NCBI RefSeq assembly: GCF_001194135.2 | Contig: NC_068982.1 | Coordinates: 188,724,929 to 188,788,928, forward strand | Reading direction: 5' to 3' | Source of the DNA: Octopus bimaculoides | Taxonomy: Eukaryota | DNA length: 64,000 nucleotides | Part shown: positions 39,191 through 50,536 of the stretch, one piece after another | How the letters are laid out: each line of letters opens with the position of its first letter | Position numbering within the stretch: the stretch's first letter is position 1 | Notes under the pieces: model-generated | Database searches by the model: none | The model's input: the letters and a program-made list of their open reading frames with translations, nothing else | Told to the model about the DNA's origin: nothing | Made by a program: the position numbers and the translations under genes

Positions 39191-40851
39191 ACATTGTCAT
39201 CGTTGTTTAATGTCCGCTTTCCATGCTGGCATGAGTTGGATGGTTTGAATGAGGACTGGCAAGACAGGAGGCCGCACCAGGCTCCAGTCTGATTTGGCAG
39301 TGTTTCTACAGCTGGATGCCCTTCCTAACACCAACCACTCTGAGAGTGTAGTGGGTGCTTTTTACGTGCCACTGGCATGGTAGCCAGTCAGGGGCTATTG
39401 GCCACAGCTACGATATTGGTTTTATTTGACTAAACAGGTCTTGTCAGTATAAAATATGTGTGCACAAGACAAGCAACAGGATCACAAGAAGGCTGATAAA
39501 GAAGAGCGCCTAGATAACAGTAGATTTATGATGAATGGCCTTCCAGCCTTGACCGTCCCATCTTTTTATTATATCAACTACTACAAAGTATCAGTTCTTA
39601 TAAGAGACAGATGGATGTGATTTGAGGCAGATCTGTCTGTTATTTTAAGCAAGTTTCCTCATAAACAGTTGGGAGGAATATATAAAAGTTACTCAGAGTT
39701 TGAGATTTGGTTGCTATATCTAGCACATTCCCTCAGCATGTTGTATAATGTGAAATTCTAATGATGTAATAAAACCACCTCATCACTGAATTACCTTTGA
39801 TCTTTTAATTGCTTCAGTCATTAGACCGTGGCCAGGCAGGGGCACCGAAGAATTTTAGTTGAATGAATTGACTCCAGCACATATTTTTTAAAGCCTGGTG
39901 CTTATTCTATTGCTCTCTTTTGCCAAACTGCTATGTTACTGGGATGTAACTACACCAACACTAATTTTCAAGGATGGGGGGGGGGGCAAACACACACATA
40001 TGTACACATACACACATGATGAGCTTCTTTCAGTTTCCATCTACCAAATCCACCCACAGGACTTTAGTCAGCCCAAGGTCATAGAAAATGATGCTTGCCC
40101 GAGGTGCCACATAGTGGGACTGAACCCTGAACCATATGGTTGGGAAACAAACTTCTTACTACACAACCACCCCATCACTGAATTATGAAGAAGCATGGCA
40201 TGTAGGAGGAGCTTGGTGGGGATTGCAAGAACTGAATCAATAACAGAAGAATAATGGTTAAACATGGAGACAATGGAACATGCCTTCACACCAAAAAAGG
40301 AAAGGGAAAAATGCAAATAAAAACTAACAAAAACGACAGTAACAACAACAACAACAAAATAGTTTTTTTTTTCACATTTAATAATAAATGATAATAAAAT
40401 AACAAAAAAAATAACAAGAATTATAAACACAAAAATTAACATCGAAAATAGTAAAAACAAGGAAACAGAACAAGTAACACACAAAGGATCTCTGTAATTA
40501 CAACAACTTGACAAAGAATTAGCATTGCCGCAATATAACAATCAAGATGATGATAATGATTACAGTAATTACATTATCATAACGAACAAACAAAATTAGA
40601 TAAATGAAAAAAAGGGTGAAAATAATTTTTTTTTTTAAATGCGACCAAAAACTGGTAGTTTGTGGCAGTAGTTAGAAATAAATGGGTTTATAAGAGGAAA
40701 AATTGGGTAAAAATGAGAAAAAATGCCAACAGAAATGATTAAAAGGGCATGATGCACAAAAAAGTGGGAGAAAAACCGTAAACAAAAACTGAAAAGAGGC
40801 CAAGTTGACTAAGTCCACGATTCCGTGTTTGTGAAGGAATGGTGCTTTTAG

Positions 40852-41032
40852 TTACTTGTATGCAGCTGTGTTATTTCCGAGATCCTTTAGGTTTCCAGTA
40901 CTATAGGAATGACACGGAGCGCCAGGAGCTCCAAGACCCATTTCGGAGTGGTCACTTGAGGTGCTACCTCTACGTTTCATGAGAGGGCTAGGGGTTGGGG
41001 TACGTTTTTTGGTACTTGTAAACGAGAAGAAC
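40852..41032 (-). CDS. RGS9: R7-family RGS exon after the RGS domain; ends at in-frame TAA (40852-40854) or splices at a donor after 40856
   Basis: Strong acceptor ttttttttctttgcAG; phase 2 continues the 50261 exon: (K)FFSFTSTKKRTPTPSPLMKRRGSTSSDHSEMGLGAPGAPCHSYSTGNLKDLGNNTAAY-K*. TAC AA|GTAACT offers a possible donor overlapping the stop. Confidence 0.85.
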
Positions 41033-42201
41033 CTGCAAAGAAAAAAACAAAAAGGAATTAAGAAAAATAAATAACAAAGAAAAACAAAAGACAAATTAGG
41101 TTTTTGTCTGTGAAAGTAAATTGTGTGTTTACACACATCATCATTTAACATCCTTCTTCCATGCTGGTATGGGTTGGATGGTTCGACAGGCGCTGGCAAG
41201 CCAGAGGAGTACACCAGGTTCCACTGTCTGTAATGGCATGGTTTTTATGGCTGGAAGCCCTTCCTAATGCCGACCCCTTTACAGAGTGGATTGAATGCTT
41301 GTATATTACCTTCAAAACATGGAGTAGATAAAACAGGGGACAACTGACGAAGGGAATGTTCTTTATGTTGCATGTCTCGTTTCTCTGTTTGTTTGTTTCT
41401 TTCATTGTTCAAAAAACATTCGTTTTCTATGTTTTTGCTTTTTATGTTCTCATTTCTCATTGTATCACCCGTGTGTGTGTGTGTGTGTGTGTGTGTCTGT
41501 CAGCCCTTTCACACTTACTTCGTTCTTTCCACTCTTCTTTCTTTCGTTCCCCCTTTCTCACATTTCTTGGCTTTCTCTTCATTCTCACCTTCCCTCCTCT
41601 TTCACTTCACTCTGTCCCTTTTCTTTTTTTCTCATCCCTCCCTAATTCTTCTATCCCTCTGCCTCTCTTCTCTTCACGTGACCGGTGTTCGGCCAAGCCT
41701 GACCTTTCTTTCTTGTTTCGACTATAATCCATGCAACATCTATATTCCTTCCCATGCCTGTCATCTCTTATGTCTCTGCCATAAGGCTTCACTTCCACAC
41801 ACACCAGCTTAATTTAATTCATCCTTAGTCAAAAGACACCTTTTGTTAATGTCCTTATTTGCATTTGGGTACCATTTCTCCATTTTTTTCTGTCCTTGTT
41901 TTCCTATACATTCGCTGCTTTCTTCCAAGGAATCTAGTGCTCTTAGCTTAATTTTTCCTTGGAGCAATCTCGAGTATAACCAGCTGAAATTGCAAAGATA
42001 ATCTGGAACTTGACTGAGGAAAGAAAACTCCGAATGACCTGTCCTTGTTCAATTTTTTATATTCCTTTTAATATATATATGTATCTGTGTGTCTGTGTGT
42101 GTATATATATATGTCAAAGTATATACTTTGATATATTGTATTGAAGATAATAAGGTGCTTTATAACACTATGTTTGAAACTGATTTACAATTAATCAAAA
42201 A

Positions 42202-42283
<82 letters not shown>

Positions 42284-43565
42284 GGGGAGAGAAACACACA
42301 TGATAGGCTGCCATTCAATTTCTATCTAAATTCACTGTATTGGTTGTCTTGGGGTCTATAGTAGAAGACACTTGCTCAAAGCACCACCCAGTGGGACTGA
42401 ACTCGAAACCACATTCTTGTAAAATGAGCTTCATAACCATAGATTAGTTTATTTACTTAATGATATTTCAAAGTCTGTTGTTGTTGTGGTTGTCGCTAAA
42501 AAACAGTTAATCTTAAAACTACATTTAAAAGTTTTTTTAAAGATAATGTTTAAATAAAAGACAAAAAAACCTTACAGATGAGTCTATCTACCCCCACCAA
42601 CCACTTTGCCTCTAGTATCATCATAACATTTTCCACTACCCACCCCCAAGAATGGTTCCGCCCACTTTGAGTATAACTGGTATAAAGAGTCGCTTATTGG
42701 TTACAAACTCCATTCAATAGTAGCTGTTTTTGTACTGTTGTTTGTTTTTGTTTCATATAGCTGGAATAGTTGTTGTTGTCAACTTTGTATCATGCACTAA
42801 TTAACCAAAGGCTGTTCCCCGAGCTGATATATTCGTTAAGCTAACGTCATCTGGTGAGCAGATTGGTGGGGGTGGTAGGGGTTGTCATTCATTCCATAGC
42901 TCGTTAACTTCCACACTCACATACATAACACATGCATGCAAACGCTGCATTCATGAGTACATATTCATACACACAGTTGCTAAAGCATACCTACACACAT
43001 GTGCATGTTCTTCTCTCATGTAACCCTCTAGTCATGTAGCATTCACACACAAAACACACACACACAGGTGTGGTTGTGTGGGCAAGTATCTTCTGCTATA
43101 GCCCTGGGTTGAACAAAGCATTGTTAGTGGATTTGATAAAAGAAAACTGAAAGAAGCCCATCATACATACGTACATATATAGACACACACACACACCTAT
43201 GTATGTTTGTGCTTGTCTCCTGCCACTGCAAAAGAGACTGAAAATACTAGATGTAGAAAAGTCCTGGTATTGATTTGTTTGACTAAATCTATCAAAGTGC
43301 TGCTCCAGCATGGCCACAGCCCAATGTGTGAAACAAGTAAAAGAAATACATATATGCAAGCATACATTTTTGTTTCTTTTATTTTCTTTTACTTGTTTCA
43401 GCCATTTGACTGTGGCCATGCTGGAGCACCGCCTTTAGTCGGATAAACCAACCCCAGGACTTATTCTATTGGTCTCTTTTGCCGAACTTCTAAGTTATGG
43501 GGACGTAAACACACCAATATCGGTTGTCAAGCAATGGTGGTGGGGACAAACACAGACACACAAAT

Positions 43566-43596
<31 letters not shown>

Positions 43597-44614
43597 CATA
43601 CATATATACACGACAGGTTTCTTTCAGTTTCCATCTACCAAATCCAGTCACAAGGCTTTGGTCGGCCTGAGGCTACAGTAGAAGACACTTGCCCAAGGTG
43701 CCACACAGTGGGACTGAACCCAGAACCATGTGTTTGGGAAGCAAGCTTCTTACTACACAGCCACTCCTGTGCCTATATATATATGCTCATACATATATGT
43801 ATGCACACACACACACACATCCTCCTTCCTACTTCTTCCTTTGGCCATCTCTCTCATATTCCCATTCTTGTATATATATATGCTGCAGGTTGTCCCTTTC
43901 CATATCCTTTCAGACACTCTGCTACTCTCAGACAGTCTTCTGTGATAAACAAAACAATGATGTCAAGGTAGGCATAACAAGAAACTGACCAGCTAAAACA
44001 TACCACCTACTTACATTCTTTTGTGAACCCCTAAAAGTTTCCATTACAAAAAAATAGACACTGCAGGTGCGGATGTGTGGTAAGAAGTTTGCTTCCCAGC
44101 CACACAAACCACAGGGTTACGGGTTCAGTCCCACTGTGTGGCACCTTGGGCAGGCCAACCCAAGCCTTGTGAGTGGATTTGGTAGACGAAAACTGAAAGA
44201 ATCCCGTTGTATATATATATATGTATTTGTGTGTCTGTGTTATCCCCCCACTATTATTTGACAACCAATGTTGGTGTTTATGTCCCCGAACCTTAGCGGT
44301 TCGCCAAAAAAGAGACTAATAGAATAAGTACTAGACTTATAAAGAATAAGTCCTAGGGTCGATTTGTTTGACTAAAGGCGGTGCTCCAGCATGACCATAG
44401 TCAATTGGCTGAAACAAGTAAAAGAATAAAAGAAAGAACACCCATTTATTAAGGATACTGGACTTTGTACCTTTTGACCTTAAATGCCAAATACCAATTT
44501 CTGTTTCCTGCCATTAATTCACCACTTTGCATTCTGACATGTTGAACTTGCTTTTTAGCCCCTTCTTTTATCTAATATGGTTTGTTCTCTTTATTAAAAT
44601 TTCATTTTCTAAAG

Positions 44615-44810
44615 GCGGCAGGCTGCCAGAGTCGTTAGTACGCCAGGTGAAATGCTTAGCGGTATTTCGTCTGTCTTTGCATTCTGAGTTCAAATTCCAC
44701 TGAGGTCGACTTTGCCTTTCATCCCTTTGGGGTCGATAAATTAAGTACCAGTCGCATACTGTGGTTGATCTAATCAGCTGGCCCCTTCCCCCAAAATTTC
44801 GGGCTGGTTT
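44615..44810 (+). mobile_element. tRNA-derived SINE (family D)
   Basis: ggcggcaggctgccagagtcgttag...ttctgagttcaaattcc...gtcgactttgcctttcatcc; copies at 11915-12100-, 16465-16680- and partials at 8660-8880- and 49890-50000+. Confidence 0.75.
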
Positions 44811-46858
44811 GCTATTCTTTTAATGTAAATACTTCTTGTTCATGAAAATTTAAATATTTCATCTCATTCCAGTTCTGGCTCACTTGCCTCAATGTTTTTC
44901 TCTCTTGGAAGTCTGCAGATTGTTTTTTTTTTATTCCCTCTTTCCTTATCATTCACCCATGTAAAACAAAGCAGTGCCCATCCTTTGCTGCTTCCTTTAT
45001 CCATCTTTTACAGCTTCTTGTCCTCTCACTTACACTACAGGTTCCGTCTTGCATCACTTTGGACACTCTGCTACCATCAAACTTTCTCTTTAATTTTGAA
45101 ATGGATCTTTGTTGGTTCTGATAACGAGTATCTGGTTGTTGAATCAGCATGTCACTGGTTGGGTATTCCACAGACACATGAATACCTGACCCAGCATGAT
45201 ATGTAATAAAGCTAGAATTTTATGAATTTCCAGTCTCTCAATCCATACATTAGGCTTCCATAGTTTCTGTCAACCCAGTTTGCCTCACAAAACTTTGGTT
45301 TGATCCTGAAGCTATGACAAAAGACATGTTTGCTCAAGATGTGACACAGAAAGATTGAACCCAGAATCATCTGACTGCAAAGTAAATTTCTAGTAAGACC
45401 ACATTCATTTTCTTTCTCTGGTCAGGTTTATATCCTTTTTCTGATCCCAGAGAGAGAATGTTTCTTCAAACAAATGATGTACTTTTTTATATCAAGGTTA
45501 AAATATGTATCCACTGAAAATACCTGCTTTTATACATTTCCTATCCTTAATACGACTCAAAGCTTCTTACCATATTCTTCATTTAACGTCTGCATATAAT
45601 ATATTATATATATANNNNNNNNNNNNNNNNNNNNNNNNNNNNNNNNNNNNNNNNNNNNNNNNNNNNNNNNNNNNNNNNNNNNNNNNNNNNNNNNNNNNNN
45701 NNNNNNNNNNNNNNNNNNNNNNNNNNNNNNNNNNNNNNNNNNNNNNNNNNNNNNNNNNNNNNNNNNNNNNNNNNNNNNNNNNNNNNNNNNNNNNNNNNNN
45801 NNNNNNNNNNNNNNNNNNNNNNNNNNNNNNNNNNNNNNNNNNNNNNNNNNNNNNNNNNNNNNNNNNNNNNNNNNNNNNNNNNNNNNNNNNNNNNNNNNNN
45901 NNNNNNNNNNNNNNNNNNNNNNNNNNNNNNNNNNNNNNNNNNNNNNNNNNNNNNNNNNNNNNNNNNNNNNNNNNNNNNNNNNNNNNNNNNNNNNNNNNNN
46001 NNNNNNNNNNNNNNNNNNNNNNNNNNTATATATATATATATATGTATGTACTGAAAATGCATATATACACATGCCTTGAAAAGATCTCTTCCGCACCCCA
46101 CCCCTCGGTTGTAGGGACTTAGATCAGGCATGCAGTTTAAGGCAGCCAGTCTCTTGACACACCTTCTGATCTGCACCTTCCCACCTTCCCAAGGGTGTAG
46201 CTACCCTGATTGTTAGACAGCAGCAGAAAAGATTTCTCAACGGGGGTCTGAAAACTTTTTTACACACATGGAGTAAGGAGACTTACTGACATGAAGTGTG
46301 ATGAGGGATACAAGACAGAATAATGAGGGAAGAGGCTATATGAAGATTTAATATAAACTAAATGATGGGGGTGGGGAGATCTCAAATATAGTTATTATAC
46401 ATCCTCATCTCAATCAATGCCATTATCATTTTTACATCTATATCGTTGCCAGGGCCACTGACTGGCTCCCATGCCAGTGGCATGTAAAAATGGAGCACCA
46501 TTTGAACGTGGCCGCTGCCAGTGCTGCCGGACCAGTTCCCGTGCAGGTGGCATGTAAAAAGCACCATCTGAGCGTGGCTGATGCCAGTACTGCCTGACTG
46601 GCCCACATGCTGGGTGTACAAGCACCCACTACTCTCGGAGTGGTTGGCGTTAGGAAGGGCATCCAGCTGTAGATTGGAGCCTGGTGCAGGCTTCTGGCTT
46701 GCCAGCCTTCAGTCAAACCGTCCAACCCATGCCAGCATTGGAAAGCGGATGTTAAACAACAATGATGATTGTTTGTCAATGCTTGAATGGGGGTTGACTG
46801 GGTTCTTTCCTCCACAATACTTTGTGACCAATCATCTCCTTCAGTCCTCACCACTTAA

Positions 46859-47077
46859 CCCTTTAGCATTCAGATTACTCTGTCCAATGTGTTGCTTATT
46901 TATTCACACTGTTTTGAATTACACATGCATCATCTTGTAGCTTTGAGATTTTGATGATGTGATTATTAATTTTAAGAATGACACTGTAGGATCGGTATGA
47001 GAGGCCTGATCTGGTTGGGTTGAACATAATACAGAGAGAATATTTGGGCCTGATATGGTTGGTTTGAAAACTAACGG
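46859..47077. mobile_element. piggyBac-like TTAA MITE, family 1 (opposite orientation)
   Basis: TTAA|ccctttagcattcagattactctg...; reverse complement of the family 1 body. Confidence 0.75.
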
Positions 47078-47434
47078 TTTCATCTCCATATTTTCTATAA
47101 TTCCTTTATTGTACTGTTCTAATCACATGGTGCATTCAACATGTATTCATAAATCTGACATCCTTCACATGCATTAGTATTACTCTTTCTTACTAGTGCA
47201 GTTTTTTCTCCTGCTCTACATCCATATCTGGCTTTTCTCTTTTGGCTTATTTGTGCTTTGTTTGCTTAAACACTTCACACCCAGCAAAGCATGCTGGGTT
47301 CATTTCCGTCCAAACTCTTCAAACTCTCTGCAACGAAGACCCATATCTTACAACCATGTAGCATTGCGCTTCTTAAACAAATGTCATACATTATTTACAT
47401 TTGATGGATATTTGTCCTCATCTTGTTTGTTGTT

Positions 47435-47480
47435 AACACAACGTTTCGGTTGATATACCCTCCAGCCTTCATCAGGTGTC
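47435..47480 (-). ncRNA. Minimal hammerhead ribozyme motif, sense to the RGS pre-mRNA intron
   Basis: GACAC CUGAUGA A GGCUG gaggguauau CAACC GAAA CG UU GUGUU. Stem I GACAC/GUGUU, palindromic ACGU stem III, one stem II mismatch. Confidence 0.65.
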
Positions 47481-47706
47481 TTGGGGAAATTTCAAACCTG
47501 GGTTCTCATTCTTAAGGTATTTTTTGATGTTATTATTATTATTATCCAGGTCACTGCCTGGAATCGAACTTGGAATCTTGGCGTAGTGGTTAAGAGCACA
47601 AGCTACTAACCCCAAAATTCTGAGTTTGATTCCAGGCAGTGACCTGAATAATAATAACATCAAAAAATACCTTAGGAATAAGAACCCAAGTTCGAAATAT
47701 CCCCAA

Positions 47707-47752
47707 GACCCCTGATGAAGGCTGGAGGGTATATCAACTGAAATGTTGTGTT
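47707..47752 (+). ncRNA. Degenerate hammerhead motif (second arm)
   Basis: GACCC CUGAUGA A GGCUG...CAACU GAAA UG UU GUGUU; CpG-type decay in stems II and III. Confidence 0.5.
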
Positions 47753-48117
47753 AACAACAAACAAGATGAGGACAAATATCCGTCAAATGTAAATAAATTC
47801 CTCATCTCTTAAATATAGAACTGAAATATCATACAATCCACCCTTAACTCTGACATGGACATCGTTTGTTACCAGCAGAAGCAATAGAATAACTCTCTAA
47901 ACATTTTGCACCCTTTTTTAAATTCCCGGTACAACACTCTGGGAACAAAACTATCAACTGCCTGAGTTTTTTTTAACATTTGAAAGAAATTATCTTGTAT
48001 GTACTCTTACTACTCACTGCATCTCCTACATTTGATGTCCACCTTCCCTGTTGCTGCCTCTGTGTGTGTAGTGACAGAAGCACTAATAATACCAAAAGGT
48101 AATATTTATCTCCCACT

Positions 48118-48346
48118 TAAAAGTTTATGTTGTGTTAGAACAGAGTACTGAATTCTTTACCATGAGAGAACCTCTCATATGGACTTGTGGTGCATATAAG
48201 CACTTGTGTTGATATTGCTGATGGGTAATAATTGTCTGCCATGGTTGAGATAAACACAGTGTTCATATACACTACAAGTCCATATGAGAGGTTCTCTCAT
48301 GGTAAATAACGCAGTATTACGTGTTCTAACACAACGTAAACTTTTA
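48118..48346. mobile_element. Hairpin MITE with about 92-bp inverted arms
   Basis: aaaagtttatgttgtgttagaac...ccatgagagaacctctcatatggacttg is mirrored by caagtccatatgagaggttctctcatgg...gttctaacacaacgtaaactttt. Confidence 0.8.
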
Positions 48347-50260
48347 TATATTATCTTATAAGGTGTAACTCCTTGACGTATCATTATGTAATGTCTGACT
48401 ATGAGGAAATATTTCTTTGCTTTGAAACGGGTGAGAATTGGCAACAGAAAGGGCATCCGGCCATACAAAATTCGCCTCAATAAACTTTATCAGAGCCGTG
48501 CAAGCATGGAGAAGTAGACATTAAAACGATGATAATTAGTTTTCTAAAAAGTTGCTTTGTACAGTAGTGTTTGCATAAGGACACGATTATTGATGTCTGC
48601 TGGTTGGCTGGTCATAACATGTTGAAGTGGAAGAGGAGGAAAGGGTCTGTGAAGGACAGTGGAGGGAGTTGTTAGTGTATATGTAGAGAGAGGGGGGGAG
48701 GGAGAACAACTGTTTGTGGTTTATGGATCTAATAACCTGACTAGGGGGGGGGGGGGGGGNNNNNNNNNNNNNNNNNNNNNNNNNNNNNNNNNNNNNNNNN
48801 NNNNNNNNNNNNNNNNNNNNGGGGGGGGGGGGGGTGAGGACAAATTTTACATTTGTGAATGAAGAGATGCTAAAGCTGATGCATTATCATCATCATAATT
48901 TAACATTGGTATTCCATGCTGGCGTGGACTGGACAGTTTGACAGGAGCTGGCAAGCTAGAGGGCCACACCAGAAAAATGTAGAACATTCTTGAATAAACA
49001 ACTAAACCATTATATTAAGGAGGAATTCTTAAGATTTTTGAGTTAATCACTAAATATTCAATTATTACAATCAAATTAGGGAAAACACACTTAAGTAATT
49101 GACTATTTAAATCAGGAATTTAGTTCTTATTAATTATTAAACCATTGCCTTGGCCGTTGAGTGCAAGCATGGCCGTGGGGTGCAAGAATGGCTGTAGGTT
49201 GAAGTAGTTTAATTGCCACTGACATGGTTTTGGGTTCTGCTCTATCATATTGCACCTTGGCCAAGTGTCTTCTACTACAGCCCTGAGCTGACCAAAGCCC
49301 TTTGAGTTGGTTTCATAGACAGAAACTGAAAGAAGCCTGTGTGTGTGTGTGTGTGTGTGTGTCTCAACATCACTTGATGGTTATGAGTATCACCATCATA
49401 CGAGCAGTGTCATTTGCTGCTCAACGGCCATAGAAAATCTGTCTCAAAGGAAAAGATGACATTAAAACATCATAATGTTTTCATGTGCTGAACCAGTGTT
49501 GAACCTGATGGACATTTTGTTCATAGGAGAGATAAACAGTGCCAAATGGTGTCAAGCAAATATGCAAGGCTACACACACACTTCATGTGTATGTGTTTAC
49601 TAGAAATTATATTCATTATCATGAAGTATATTTGCCACCTAAATGTGGTTAACCCTTAAAGGTTGATGCTATTGTAGCTTGTAGCCCCAGGAAGACACCT
49701 CCTCCAGCTGGCTATTGACACACTTTCTGTGTCCTAGCAGTATTTGCAAAGGGAAGTCAGCCTTCCCATCTCCAGCCTGACATGATACACATGGACCCGA
49801 GTTTCTGGGTATTGATCGGTCATCAATGTGTGACAACCACCAGATCAATATTAAGGTGATGAACTGGAAGAGTCATTACCACATGAGTCAAAATGCTTCA
49901 TGGCATTTTATTCGTTTTTACATTCTGAGTTTGAATTCTACCAAAGTTGATTCTGCCTTTCATCTTGGGGGTGGGGTTTCAATAAAATAAATCCCAGCAG
50001 AACATTGGGGAGGGGGTTTCAATGATTTCTCATCCACACAGTCACATGTGCGCATGCACACACACAGCCACACAAACTTGTATATCAAGCAGCTCTGCTA
50101 GATTATTTCCAAAAATGTGAAGAATTCTATATTGTCACTAAACTATCTCCTCCAATGTAGACTGACCAGAAGAAAAAATAAAAATAAATAAATAATAGAG
50201 CGAAAGAAAAAAAAAGGAAAATAAATAAAACAAGGCAAAATTTTTAAGAATAAAACTCAC

Positions 50261-50389
50261 TTTTTCTTGCTGGTTGGTTGTACAGCGTTGGCAAGTAAAG
50301 TTTTATATTCATCAGAACGAAGGAATCGTGCATAACTGTCCTTCTTCATGAGAGTATAGATATGACTTTGTGCAGGGTCGAATGTATAT
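50261..50389 (-). CDS. RGS9: R7-family RGS exon: end of RGS domain
   Basis: Absent from the ORF track; read by hand. Acceptor ttttattttgcAG, donor AA|GTGAGT; 129 nt, phase 2-2. (R)[42 protein letters not shown] contains the RGS LMKKDSYxRF motif. Confidence 0.97.
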
Positions 50390-50504
50390 CTGCAAAATAA
50401 AAACAAAAGGACATCACTATTGTTAGAGTGTTCTTCTCCTTTCTACAAACACACAAACTTGTCCAATCAACATGAATGTCACTGTACACGCCAAAAATCA
50501 TCAT

Positions 50505-50536
<32 letters not shown>

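Larger units (their letters stand above)
47391..47796. mobile_element. Head-to-head inverted pair of a tRNA-headed, hammerhead-bearing retroposon
   Basis: 47391-47581 mirrors 47610-47796. The centre holds A box (tagtggttaag) and B box (gagtttgattc); each arm carries a CTGATGA...GAAA motif. Confidence 0.85.

Noticed and set aside
42005-42050. Possible hammerhead (CUGAGGA...CCGAAU)
   Set aside because: GAAA is not intact and no convincing stem I or palindromic stem III.
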